A stretch of 64,000 bases of DNA from Candidatus Allofournierella merdipullorum (GTDB taxonomy: Bacteria > Bacillota > Clostridia > Oscillospirales > Ruminococcaceae). Position 1 is the stretch's first letter; each line of letters opens with the position of its first letter. Location of the stretch: contig DXBV01000063.1 in assembly GCA_019116345.1 (NCBI GenBank), positions 17,574 to 81,573 on the forward strand, in the 5' to 3' direction. The position numbers and the translations under genes were made by a program. The notes under the pieces were generated by a model, which was not told the DNA's origin, searched no databases, and worked only from the letters and a program-made list of their open reading frames with translations. Positions 34,232 through 43,113 of the stretch are shown in pieces.

Positions 34232-35500
34232 ATGACCATGGGAATGACCATGACCCAGAAAATCCTGGCCGCCCACGCGGGGCTGGCCGAGGTCAAGCCC
34301 GGCCAGCTCATCAATGCCAGGCTGGACCAGGTGCTGGGCAACGACATCACCACCCCGGTGGCCATCAACGAGTTTGAAAAGGCGGGGTTTACCGGCGTAT
34401 TCGACAACGCCCGCATCAACATCGTGCTGGACCACTTCGTGCCCAACAAGGACATCAAGAGCGCCCAGCAGTCGAAACAGTGCCGGGAGTTTGCCTCGAA
34501 GTACGACATCGTGAACTTCTTCGACGTGGGCAAGATGGGCATCGAGCACGCGCTGCTGCCCGAGCAGGGCATCGTGACCGCCGGCGATTGCATCATCGGC
34601 GCCGACAGCCACACCTGCACCTACGGCGCGGTGGGAGCCTTCTCCACCGGTGTGGGCAGCACCGACATGGCCGCTGGCATGGCCACCGGCATGGCCTGGT
34701 TCAAGGTACCCGCCGCCATCCGCTTTGACCTCACCGGCAAGCTGGGCCCCCGGGTGAGCGGCAAAGACGTGATTTTGCACATCATCGGCCAAATTGGCGT
34801 GGACGGCGCGCTCTACAAGAGCATGGAGTTCACCGGCCCGGGCGTAACCACCCTCTCCATGGACGACCGCCTGTGCATCTGCAACATGGCCATTGAGGCG
34901 GGCGCGAAGAACGGCATCTTCCCGGTGGACGAAGTGACCATCGCCTACCTCACCGGCCGCAGCCGCCGGGCGTGGACGGTCTACGAGGCCGACCCGGACG
35001 CAGAGTACGAGAAAACCATCGACATTGATCTCTCCGCCATCGAGCCCACCGTCTCCTGGCCCCACCTGCCGGAGAACACCCACACCGCCAAGGAGAGCGA
35101 GGGCGTTGCCATCGACCAGGTGGTCATCGGCAGCTGCACCAACGGCCGTCTGGAGGACATGGAGGCCGCCTACGAGATTCTCAAGGGCAAGACCATCGCG
35201 CCGAGCGTGCGGGGCATCATCATCCCCGGCACCATGGCGGTGTACAAGGCCTGTTTGCAGAACGGCTGGCTGGAGGCCTTCATCGACGCGGGGTGCATCG
35301 TGTCCACCCCCACCTGCGGGCCGTGCCTCGGCGGCTACATGGGCATTCTGGCGGAGGGCGAAAAGTGCATCTCCACCACCAACCGCAACTTCGTGGGCCG
35401 CATGGGCCACGTGAAGAGCGAAGTGTATCTGGCAAGCCCCGCCACCGCCGCCGCCAGCGCGCTGACCGGGCACATTACCGACCCTCGGGAGGTGGAGTAA
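34232..35500 (+). CDS. leuC: 3-isopropylmalate dehydratase large subunit
   Basis: [11 protein letters not shown]..., [11 protein letters not shown] and [10 protein letters not shown]...TPTCGPCLG are the aconitase-family Fe-S Cys blocks. Four in-frame ATGs lie between 34232 and 34250; the one at 34238 has the best SD spacing. Confidence 0.93.
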   Translation: MTMGMTMTQKILAAHAGLAEVKPGQLINARLDQVLGNDITTPVAINEFEKAGFTGVFDNARINIVLDHFVPNKDIKSAQQSKQCREFASKYDIVNFFDVGKMGIEHALLPEQGIVTAGDCIIGADSHTCTYGAVGAFSTGVGSTDMAAGMATGMAWFKVPAAIRFDLTGKLGPRVSGKDVILHIIGQIGVDGALYKSMEFTGPGVTTLSMDDRLCICNMAIEAGAKNGIFPVDEVTIAYLTGRSRRAWTVYEADPDAEYEKTIDIDLSAIEPTVSWPHLPENTHTAKESEGVAIDQVVIGSCTNGRLEDMEAAYEILKGKTIAPSVRGIIIPGTMAVYKACLQNGWLEAFIDAGCIVSTPTCGPCLGGYMGILAEGEKCISTTNRNFVGRMGHVKSEVYLASPATAAASALTGHITDPREVE

Positions 35501-35995
35501 ATGAACGCACAGGGAACCGTTTTTAAATACCCCGACAATGTGGACACCGACGTCATCATCCCCGCCCGCTACCTGAACAGCCAGGACGCGGCAGAGCTGG
35601 CCCGTCACTGCATGGAGGACATCGACCCGGAGTTCGTGAACAAGGTCAAACCCGGCGACATCATGGTGGGCGGCTGGAACTTCGGCTGCGGCTCCAGCCG
35701 GGAGCACGCGCCCCTGGTCATCAAGACCAGCGGCACCGCCTGCGTCATCGCCAAGAGCTTCGCCCGCATCTTCTACCGCAACGCCATCAACATCGGCCTG
35801 CCCATTCTGGAATGCGAGGCGGCAGCCGAAGCCATCAACGCGGGGGACGAGGTGGCGGTGGATTTTGACACCGGCGTCATTACCGACGCGACCACCGGCG
35901 AGACGTTCCAGGCTCAGCCCTTCCCCGCCTTCATCCAGGACATCATCCGCGCCGGCGGGCTGATGAACAGCATCCGGCAGAAAGGGGCGCAGTGA
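35501..35995 (+). CDS. leuD: 3-isopropylmalate dehydratase small subunit
   Basis: 164 aa. [14 protein letters not shown] and [14 protein letters not shown] are the aconitase swivel-domain motifs. It starts directly after the leuC stop. Confidence 0.93.
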   Translation: MNAQGTVFKYPDNVDTDVIIPARYLNSQDAAELARHCMEDIDPEFVNKVKPGDIMVGGWNFGCGSSREHAPLVIKTSGTACVIAKSFARIFYRNAINIGLPILECEAAAEAINAGDEVAVDFDTGVITDATTGETFQAQPFPAFIQDIIRAGGLMNSIRQKGAQ

Positions 35996-35996
35996 A

Positions 35997-37067
35997 ATGA
36001 ACAAGACCATCGCGGTGATCCGGGGCGACGGCATCGGCCCGGAAATTGTAAACGAAGCCATCAAGGTGCTGGATAAGATCGCCGAAAAATACGGCCACAC
36101 CTTCACCTACGACGACGTGGACATGGGCGGCATCGCCATCGACAAGTGGGGCGACCCGCTGCCCCAGGCCATGCTGGACAAGTGTCTTGCCGCCGACAGC
36201 GTGCTGCTGGGCGCGGTGGGCGGCCCCAAGTGGGAGGGCCTGCCCGGGCCCCAGCGCCCGGAAAAGGGCCTGCTGCGCCTGCGGGCGGGCATGGGCCTTT
36301 ACTCGAACCTGCGCCCGGCCAAGCTGTGGCCCCAGCTGGCCCAGGCCAGCCCCCTGAAGCCCAGCATTGTGGAAAAGGGCATCGACTTTCTGGTGGTGCG
36401 GGAGCTCATCAGCGGCATCTACTTCGGCGAGCACAAGACGGTGGAGGAAAACGGCGAGAAGGTGGCCACCGACGTGATGCTCTATGCCGAGCACGAAATT
36501 GAGCGCATCGGCCGCATCGCCTTTGAAACCGCCATGAAGCGGCGCAAAAAGGTCACCTGCGTGGACAAGGCGAACGTGCTGGACACCAGCCGCCTGTGGC
36601 GGGCGGTGCTGCACCGCATCAAGGAGGAGTACCCCGAGGTGGAGTACGGCGAGATGTTCGTGGACAACGCCTCCATGCAGCTGGTGAAGGACCCCAGCCA
36701 GTTCGACGTCATCGTGACCGGCAACATGTTCGGCGACATCCTCTCTGACGAGGCCAGCATGCTCACCGGTACCATCGGTATGATCCCCTCCTCCAGCCTG
36801 GGGGACGGCACCCGGGGCATGTACGAGCCCATCCACGGCTCCGCCCCGGACATCGCCGGTCAGAACAAGGCCAACCCCATCGGCACCATCCTCTCCGCCG
36901 CCATGATGCTGAAGTACAGCTTTGGCATGGACGCGGAGGCCGCCGCCATCGAGGCCGCGGTGAACAAGGCGCTGAACGACGGCCTGCGCACCGCCGACAT
37001 GATGGCCGAGGGCTGCATCCCCGCCAGCTGCTCGGAGATGGGCGACGCCATCGCCGCCCGGCTGTAA
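35997..37067 (+). CDS. leuB: 3-isopropylmalate dehydrogenase
   Basis: IAVIRGDGIGPEI, VDKANVL and NMFGDILSDEASMLTGTIGMIPSSSL are isocitrate/isopropylmalate dehydrogenase signatures. Confidence 0.93.
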   Translation: MNKTIAVIRGDGIGPEIVNEAIKVLDKIAEKYGHTFTYDDVDMGGIAIDKWGDPLPQAMLDKCLAADSVLLGAVGGPKWEGLPGPQRPEKGLLRLRAGMGLYSNLRPAKLWPQLAQASPLKPSIVEKGIDFLVVRELISGIYFGEHKTVEENGEKVATDVMLYAEHEIERIGRIAFETAMKRRKKVTCVDKANVLDTSRLWRAVLHRIKEEYPEVEYGEMFVDNASMQLVKDPSQFDVIVTGNMFGDILSDEASMLTGTIGMIPSSSLGDGTRGMYEPIHGSAPDIAGQNKANPIGTILSAAMMLKYSFGMDAEAAAIEAAVNKALNDGLRTADMMAEGCIPASCSEMGDAIAARL

Positions 37068-37089
37068 AACCCTTTAAAAATGCGCTTTG

Positions 37090-37124
37090 CCCCGGCCCGT
37101 CCTGCTGGACGGGCCGGGGCCTTT
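37090..37124 (+). terminator. Hairpin terminator after leuB
   Basis: CCCCGGCCCGTCC (37090-37102) pairs with GGACGGGCCGGGG (37107-37119). The T tract is weak (CCTTTGTGC). Confidence 0.55.
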
Positions 37125-37166
37125 GTGCTATACTTTGGGTAGAATCGACCGGGAGGTATACCAGCC

Positions 37167-38183
37167 ATGAAAAGACTTTCGGCTCTTGTCGTCTGCGCGC
37201 TGGCCGCCCTGCTGCTGGCCGGGTGCAGCGAGCGCACCTACACCGGAACCCTCACCGCCCCGGGCGACGGGGCCGCCCGCACCTTCACCCTGCAGGGGGA
37301 CGAGGGCACGGTCTTTTCCGTCAAGGTGGCGGAAAACGTTCCGGTGGTAGCCTGGCCGGAGGGCACCGAACCCGGCGACCTCTATTCCGGAAACTGGCCC
37401 GCCCTGCGCCTTTCGGTGAAAGGGCGCACTTCCCTTTTCGGCGTCGAGCCTGTGACTCTGGAGGCCAGCAGCGTGCAAATCGACGCGGCGCAGCAGCCGG
37501 AGGGTATGACCCTTGCCGACGGCACTTCCCTGTCGGTCTGGCAGGCCAGCTTTGACCGGGAGTACTGCGCCCCGGACGGCACGGTGCTGCTGGAAGAGCG
37601 GCTGGGCAGCGAGGCCGCGGATGCCATCGAGAGCGTGGCCGGCCTGTCCGAAGAAGCCAAAGAAAATATCCTCGGCTTTTATGAAGCCCAGGGCATCCTC
37701 TATGACCTGCCCGCCCAGCTGGAAAAGGCCCACGCCGCATACAAGGCAGAGGGCGAAGATTTTGAACTTTACACTCTGGGGCAGGAGGTAAACCTCTGCG
37801 CCGAAAACAGCAGCACCCTCTGGCTGGTCACCAAGGTGACGCTGCCTCTGGGCGGACGGGTGGTCACTGAGGAGCCCCTCTGCGCCGCCTTTGACAAGGC
37901 CACCGGGGAGGCGCTGGGGCCCGATGAGCTGTTCACCTGCACCGGCAACGAATTGGCCGCCGCCCTGCTGAACGCTGCCGGCATCACCGACGAGCCGAAA
38001 CGCAGCGAACTGCTGGCGGCCTTTGACGAGAGCCGGGTGGTGTTCCGCGGTGAGGCGTTGGAGGTGTTCTTCCCGAAGGGCGCGGTGCCCGGCGAAGAGA
38101 CCGCCCTCATTCTCGGTCTTGACTACACCGACGAAGTAAAGGCACTGTTGCAGCCCCGGGCCCTGCCCCAAAGGGCAACGTGA
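37167..38183 (+). CDS. Putative lipoprotein, unknown function
   Basis: It has a signal peptide with a lipobox, MKRLSALVVCALAALLLAGC, and GGGAGG upstream. I recognise no catalytic motif. Confidence 0.7.
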   Translation: MKRLSALVVCALAALLLAGCSERTYTGTLTAPGDGAARTFTLQGDEGTVFSVKVAENVPVVAWPEGTEPGDLYSGNWPALRLSVKGRTSLFGVEPVTLEASSVQIDAAQQPEGMTLADGTSLSVWQASFDREYCAPDGTVLLEERLGSEAADAIESVAGLSEEAKENILGFYEAQGILYDLPAQLEKAHAAYKAEGEDFELYTLGQEVNLCAENSSTLWLVTKVTLPLGGRVVTEEPLCAAFDKATGEALGPDELFTCTGNELAAALLNAAGITDEPKRSELLAAFDESRVVFRGEALEVFFPKGAVPGEETALILGLDYTDEVKALLQPRALPQRAT

Positions 38184-38275
38184 CAAAATCACGGTAAACG
38201 CCCCCCCGTTTGGGGTATGCTATGAGCGTAAGGTAAACAAAGAGGCGGCAGACCCGCCGAAAGGAGATATAGACA

Positions 38276-38587
38276 ATGAGCGTTGTGCATGTGGATTCCA
38301 AGAATTTTGAGGCCGAAGTGCTGAACAGCACCCAGCCGGTGCTGCTGGACTTCTGGGCCACCTGGTGCGGCCCCTGCCGTATGCTGGCCCCGGTGCTGGA
38401 CGAGATCGCCGCCGAGAAAGCCGGCCAGGTGAAGGTCTGCAAGCTGGACATTGACCAGAGCCCCGAGCTGGCCAGCCAGTACGGCGTGATGAGCATTCCC
38501 ACCCTGATGGTCTTCAAGAACGGCCAGGTGGTGAACAAGAGCGTGGGCCTGGTGCCCAAGGCCGCGGTGGAAAAGCTGCTGGGCTGA
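38276..38587 (+). CDS. trxA: Thioredoxin
   Basis: 103 aa with the WCGPC active site (FWATWCGPCRMLAP) and the full thioredoxin fold pattern. AAAGGAG lies upstream. Confidence 0.95.
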   Translation: MSVVHVDSKNFEAEVLNSTQPVLLDFWATWCGPCRMLAPVLDEIAAEKAGQVKVCKLDIDQSPELASQYGVMSIPTLMVFKNGQVVNKSVGLVPKAAVEKLLG

Positions 38588-38613
38588 GCCTTGTTCCTTC
38601 ATACGTTCCCCGC

Positions 38614-38639
38614 TCCCCCGGCTTTGCCGGGGGATTTTT
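38614..38639 (+). terminator. Intrinsic terminator after trxA
   Basis: TCCCCCGGC (38614-38622) pairs with GCCGGGGGA (38626-38634). T5 follows at 38635-38639. Confidence 0.8.
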
Positions 38640-38659
38640 GCGTAAAACAAAAACAAAAA

Positions 38660-38695
38660 GCAGGCCTCCCGGTTCACAACGACCGGGAGGCCTGC
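38660..38695 (-). terminator. Intrinsic terminator of the surface-protein gene
   Basis: A 14-bp stem GCAGGCCTCCCGGT/ACCGGGAGGCCTGC is followed on the minus strand by TTTTTGTTTTTGTTTT. Confidence 0.85.
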
Positions 38696-38715
38696 TCGTT
38701 CATTTTAGGATGGGA

Positions 38716-41139
38716 TCAGTAGCCGCGGGACTCATCGTTTTTGCCGGCAAAAAGCTTGCGCAGCACCACCACAAGCACCACAAGCACCACCGCAACGCAG
38801 CCGATGGCGATGGGCAGCACAGGCAGTTTGGCGCCGTCGGCCGTGGTCTCCTCCACGGGCGGCTGGGTGACAGGCTCGCTCACTTCCGGCGCGGCGGGCA
38901 CGAGGGTCTCGTCATAGCCAATGACATACTTGGAGAAGTGGGGGGTGACAAAGGTCACCATGCCCGCAGCTTCGTCGTAGCTGGTTTCGCAGGGGGTGGT
39001 ATTGCCGTCCTCGTCCAGATACCAGACCACCACGCCCTCGGCCTGCTGGCCCTCCGCCAGGGTGTAAGGGATCTTGATGGTGGCGTTGCCGGTCTTGAAG
39101 TCAGAGATCACTTCGCCGCCGCTTTGCAGGGTGAGTTCGAAGATGGGCTGTCCGTTCGCCGTTTGGGCCTGGGCCTCGCTCAGCGCGGATTCCTGCACAG
39201 GCTCCACCTTCAGGATGATCTCTTCCTTCGCCTGCTCCACAATGGCGGAAAGGGCGACGGAATCGAAGGAGACCTCGGCCACGTCGCTGGTCACAACAAG
39301 GGTCGCGCCTTCTTCCTTGGCAAGCTCGGTCAGCGCCTCACTGGGCAGCGTCACCGCAACGGACGCGGCGTCCTCTGCCGCAGTCACTTCCACCCGAACC
39401 GCAGGCGCAGCGCCGGCCTTTTGGGCTTCGGCAACAGCCTCCGCCACAGCCTCGGCCAGCTGGTCTTTTTCCACAACAGCGGCAGCCGCGCTCTCGGTGA
39501 CCTGGGCCTCGGTGGTGGTGCTCACAACCACCGCGCCGGCTTCATTCACCACCGGAGCTTCGCTGGGAACAGGGGTGGCGGTGGCCACAGGACGGGCGGT
39601 GGCCAGGGGCTTGGGCGTAGCGGTGGGCGCCGGGACCGCCGTGGGCACGGGAGTGGTGCTGCCGCCCTGCTCGGGCGCCTGCGTGGGCACAGGAGTAGGT
39701 GCAACGTACTTGGTCACAACGTAGCCTTCACTATCGCTGCCGCTGACCACATACCCCTCCGCCACATAGCTGCTGGGGTCGGCGGAGAACTTGCCGCCGG
39801 TGATGGACAGGGTGGGCTTCTGGGTGCAGCTGTCGGCGCCGGTGCCGTAGCAGTATACGTCCATCGCACCGTTGATGGTGTTGGCTTCGGTGTTATTCAC
39901 CGTGACCGTGGGCGCTTTGTCCTTATAGGACTCGTTCAGCCAGTGCATCACATCCAGCGCCACCAGCTGCGGGTGGGTGCCTCCGATGCTCACATTGGTG
40001 AGGGTGGTGTCGCCGTAGTTGCAGGAAATGATGTACTGGGTGACCGCAGCGCCCGTCAGCGAGAGATCCTGCAGGGTCAGATCGCAGTAGTTCTGGAACA
40101 GCATCTTGGTGCCGGTGCTGGCTTCGCTGACCGCGATCGCACCGTTCTTCACAGTGACTTTATTCCCCTTTTCCAGGTGGAAGCCCTGGCTCTCGGTGCC
40201 CACAGAGCCCACCGACGGGTCGGTGCAGGTGTAGGTGTAGCCGCCCAGGTCGATGGTCAGATCCACGCCCACGGCGCCTTTGCTGTTGAACAGGCCGATG
40301 CCGCCGCCCTGGGAATCCTTGAGCAGGGTGACGGTGCCGATTTTGCTGTCAGAGGCCACCACGTCCGCCACGGCGTCCGCCAGGGTGGGATAGTATTTCC
40401 CGTCATACTGCGCCGGGCAAAGCACAACGGAATAAATGTTGTCCGCCGGACCTTCAACCATGCTGCTGTTAGCAACAAAGTCTTTTTCGGGGTTCTCCGT
40501 CTGGCTGGCGGAGGGATCGAAGTTCTCAAAGCGGCCGGTGTAAACATTGATCTGGGCCGCGCTGTTGTCGATCAGGTTCAGCAGCCAGTATTTGTCTCCC
40601 CAGCTGGCATCAGCCCGGAAATAGCCGTCATAAATATTCACGACCGCCGTATCGCCGGCCTGAACACAGGTGAGGCCGGCGTCGAAGGTGCCATTCAGAA
40701 TGGTGAGCTTGGCGTCGCCGCCAGCCCGCAGGCAGTAGCCGGTGCTATTGCTGTCCTCTCCCATATAGCCGCCGTTTTCATCCTTGTTGTAGGTGATGGT
40801 GCCGTTGCCGGTGATCGTCAGATCGGCGCCGCTGTACAAATCGATCAAGCCGGCGTCATACTGGTTATTTTCATCGACGTCCCCGTCGACGTCCCCGTCG
40901 TATGTAATGGTCTTGCCATTCATGTCCAGGGTGATCGCTTTCTTCACCACAAGCGTGCGGGACAAGGTGATGTCGTTCGCAAGTGTAATGGTAGCGCCGT
41001 TTTGTGCGCCATCCACCGCGGCAAGCAGTTCTTCACCGCTGGTCACCATGCTGCCGCCCTCGGCAAACGCGGCCGCAGGCACCATCGCCAGCAGCATTGC
41101 CAGCGCCAGCAGCGCCGCGATCCATCGATTTTTCTTCAC
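38716..41139 (-). CDS. Large secreted cell-surface protein: two tandem beta-helix-like modules, Pro/Thr-rich linker, stalk region, C-terminal TM anchor
   Basis: The GTG start at 41139 follows AAAGGAGG (the track ORF starts at 41238). The signal peptide is KKNRWIAALLALAMLLAMVPAAAFA. It has repeated ITL..D..L-type beta-strand ladders, the linker PTPVPTQAPEQGGSTTPVPTAVPAPTATPKP and a C-terminal helix LPVLPIAIGCVAVVLVVLVVVL followed by basic residues. There is no LPXTG. Confidence 0.75.
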   Translation of the reverse strand: MKKNRWIAALLALAMLLAMVPAAAFAEGGSMVTSGEELLAAVDGAQNGATITLANDITLSRTLVVKKAITLDMNGKTITYDGDVDGDVDENNQYDAGLIDLYSGADLTITGNGTITYNKDENGGYMGEDSNSTGYCLRAGGDAKLTILNGTFDAGLTCVQAGDTAVVNIYDGYFRADASWGDKYWLLNLIDNSAAQINVYTGRFENFDPSASQTENPEKDFVANSSMVEGPADNIYSVVLCPAQYDGKYYPTLADAVADVVASDSKIGTVTLLKDSQGGGIGLFNSKGAVGVDLTIDLGGYTYTCTDPSVGSVGTESQGFHLEKGNKVTVKNGAIAVSEASTGTKMLFQNYCDLTLQDLSLTGAAVTQYIISCNYGDTTLTNVSIGGTHPQLVALDVMHWLNESYKDKAPTVTVNNTEANTINGAMDVYCYGTGADSCTQKPTLSITGGKFSADPSSYVAEGYVVSGSDSEGYVVTKYVAPTPVPTQAPEQGGSTTPVPTAVPAPTATPKPLATARPVATATPVPSEAPVVNEAGAVVVSTTTEAQVTESAAAAVVEKDQLAEAVAEAVAEAQKAGAAPAVRVEVTAAEDAASVAVTLPSEALTELAKEEGATLVVTSDVAEVSFDSVALSAIVEQAKEEIILKVEPVQESALSEAQAQTANGQPIFELTLQSGGEVISDFKTGNATIKIPYTLAEGQQAEGVVVWYLDEDGNTTPCETSYDEAAGMVTFVTPHFSKYVIGYDETLVPAAPEVSEPVTQPPVEETTADGAKLPVLPIAIGCVAVVLVVLVVVLRKLFAGKNDESRGY

Positions 41140-41172
41140 GAAAAAACCTCCTTTAGGGTTACCAGAAAAAGT

Positions 41173-41190
41173 CTGTGCGAAATCGCACAG
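41173..41190. promoter_or_regulatory. 18-bp perfect palindrome in the 5' leader of the surface-protein gene
   Basis: CTGTGCGAAATCGCACAG lies between the predicted -10 and the SD. On the minus strand it is followed by ACTTTTTCTGG. Confidence 0.35.
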
Positions 41191-41202
41191 CCTGTACATT
41201 TT

Positions 41203-41231
41203 ATTATGCCACCAGAATCGTCTCTTTGCAA
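41203..41231 (-). promoter_or_regulatory. Predicted promoter of the surface-protein gene
   Basis: Minus strand: TTGCAA (41231-41226), 17-nt spacer, CATAAT (41208-41203). Confidence 0.4.
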
Positions 41232-41257
41232 GCGGCAAATGCTCTGTTTGCCAGTTT

Positions 41258-41800
41258 TTACAGGAACTTTGCCATGAACAGCACGTCCTCGTAGCTGCCG
41301 TCGGGAAATTTCATGTTCCGGGGCAGGGTGCCGCACACCTCAAACCCCAGCTTTTTGTAAAGGGCGATGGCCCCGGTGTTGTGGGCGGCCACCTCCAGCT
41401 CCAGCTGTTCCAGACCCTTTTGGCGGGCGACGTCGATGAGCTCTTCCAGCAGAACGGTACCGATGCCCTTTCCCGTGAATTTCTGATAGAGGGCCACGGC
41501 CAGCTGGGCCCGGTGGCGGTAGCGCGCCATGGAAAAGCCCATCAGCGAGGCGTTGCCCGCGTGCTCGCCGTCCCAGAAAGCCAATAACATCAGATTCACG
41601 GGAGACTCGTTCTGGCCGCGGATGAAGGCTTTTTCCTCCTCCTCGGTCATGGTGACTTCCTCCGGCCCGCGGGCCAGCCAGGGGGTCTCGCCGCAGGTGG
41701 TCTTGAGATAGCGAAGAAGCATTTCCGCGTCTTCTTCCGCCGCGCAGCGCAGGGTGAGCGTGTGGCCGTTCAGAGTGCGGGTAATGGGTTCCACAAGCAT
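41258..41800 (-). CDS. GNAT-family N-acetyltransferase (RimJ/RimL-like)
   Basis: 180 aa. The acetyl-CoA block is YQKFTGKGIGTVLLEELIDVARQKG...NTGAIALYKKLGFEV. GAGGAGGAAG lies upstream. Confidence 0.85.
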   Translation of the reverse strand: MLVEPITRTLNGHTLTLRCAAEEDAEMLLRYLKTTCGETPWLARGPEEVTMTEEEEKAFIRGQNESPVNLMLLAFWDGEHAGNASLMGFSMARYRHRAQLAVALYQKFTGKGIGTVLLEELIDVARQKGLEQLELEVAAHNTGAIALYKKLGFEVCGTLPRNMKFPDGSYEDVLFMAKFL

Positions 41801-41862
41801 GGGGTCTTCCTCCTCTTTTTACATTTCGGCCCCGGCCTTTTACAGGCCGGGGCCGGGCATTT

Positions 41863-43023
41863 TTATTTTGCCTTGGGTGCGCCGGGCAGGTATTTCTCCC
41901 GTTCCACGCCCTTTTCCCGCAGCTTGCGGCGGGTGGCGGTGCGCAGCAGGCTGTAGGCCACCGAGCAGGCGGGGATCATCACCAGCATGCCCATCACACC
42001 CATGGCGCTGCCGCCGATGGTGACGGCCATCAGCACCCAGATGCCGGGCAGGCCCACCGAGTTGCCCACCACCTTGGGGTAGATGAGGTTGCCTTCGATC
42101 TGCTGGATGCAGAGGAACAGCACCACGAACCACACCGCCTGGATGGGGTTTTGCACCAGGATGAGAAACGCGCCCACAAAGCAGCCGATGAAAGCGCCGA
42201 ACACCGGGATCAGGGCAGTGACGGCCACCAGCACGCTGATGAGTGTGACATAGGGCATACGGCAGAGCAGCATGCCCACCGCGAACAGGCCGCCCAGGAT
42301 GCAGGCTTCCAGACACTGGCCGGACAGGAATTTGGAGAAGGTGTGGTTGGTGAGCCGGGCCACCTCCACCGCCTTTTCCGCCCGGTGGGCCGGGCCCCAG
42401 GCGTAGAGAAGCATTTTGGCCTGCCGCGTCAGGGTCTCTTTGCAGGCCAGCAGGTAGAGCGCGAAGATGAGGCCGATGAAGAAATCCACGAACTGCATCA
42501 CAAAGCCGGTGGCGGCGGTGGCCGCGTTGCCCACCAGGGCAAAGCCGCCGTTTCGGAACCACTCGGCCACGGCGGAGACGGCGCTCTGCCAGTCGGTGAT
42601 GAACTCGGTGGAGATCCACTCCTCCAGCATGGGGTACTGCACCATCAGCTCCGCCAGCCATTTCTGGCAGTCGGTCCAGAAGCCGGGCAGCTGGGCACCG
42701 ATGCTGGCAATGGTGCGGCCCAGCTGGGGCAGGATGAGCAGCAGCACCAGCGCCATCACACCCAGCACCGCCAGCAGCGTCAGGGTAAGAGCCGCCGCGC
42801 GGCGGCCCTTGACCAGCTTTTTGGGCAGCGCTTTTTCAATGGCCCGCATGGGCACGTTCAGAATAAAGGCCATGCTGCCGCCCAGCACAAAGGGCGACAC
42901 GAGGCCCCACACCCTGTTCAGGATACCGCCCACCCGGTCCAGGTTCTGCAGGCCCCAATAGAGCACGATGCAGAAACTGGCCATGAGCAGCAGCGTTCGG
43001 ATGGTCTTTTTATCAAGCTGCAT
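41863..43023 (-). CDS. AI-2E family transporter (PerM/UPF0118 permease)
   Basis: 386-aa polytopic ORF. The C-terminal block QQIEGNLIYPKVVGNSVGLPGIWVLMAV is typical of this family. Confidence 0.85.
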   Translation of the reverse strand: MQLDKKTIRTLLLMASFCIVLYWGLQNLDRVGGILNRVWGLVSPFVLGGSMAFILNVPMRAIEKALPKKLVKGRRAAALTLTLLAVLGVMALVLLLILPQLGRTIASIGAQLPGFWTDCQKWLAELMVQYPMLEEWISTEFITDWQSAVSAVAEWFRNGGFALVGNAATAATGFVMQFVDFFIGLIFALYLLACKETLTRQAKMLLYAWGPAHRAEKAVEVARLTNHTFSKFLSGQCLEACILGGLFAVGMLLCRMPYVTLISVLVAVTALIPVFGAFIGCFVGAFLILVQNPIQAVWFVVLFLCIQQIEGNLIYPKVVGNSVGLPGIWVLMAVTIGGSAMGVMGMLVMIPACSVAYSLLRTATRRKLREKGVEREKYLPGAPKAK

Positions 43024-43113
43024 AGTCGCAGGCCCTCACTTTTTGTTTTCTCGCCCCCGCCGGGGGCTTTTCTTTATTGTATCCTGCTTTGGGCCGATGC
43101 GCAAGCGGTGTTT

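Noticed and set aside
39540-39700. The Pro/Thr/Ala-coding stretch of the surface-protein gene, considered as a DNA tandem repeat or CRISPR-like array.
   Set aside because: The repeats are imperfect at the nucleotide level, in frame and inside a continuous ORF. No spacer/repeat periodicity is present.
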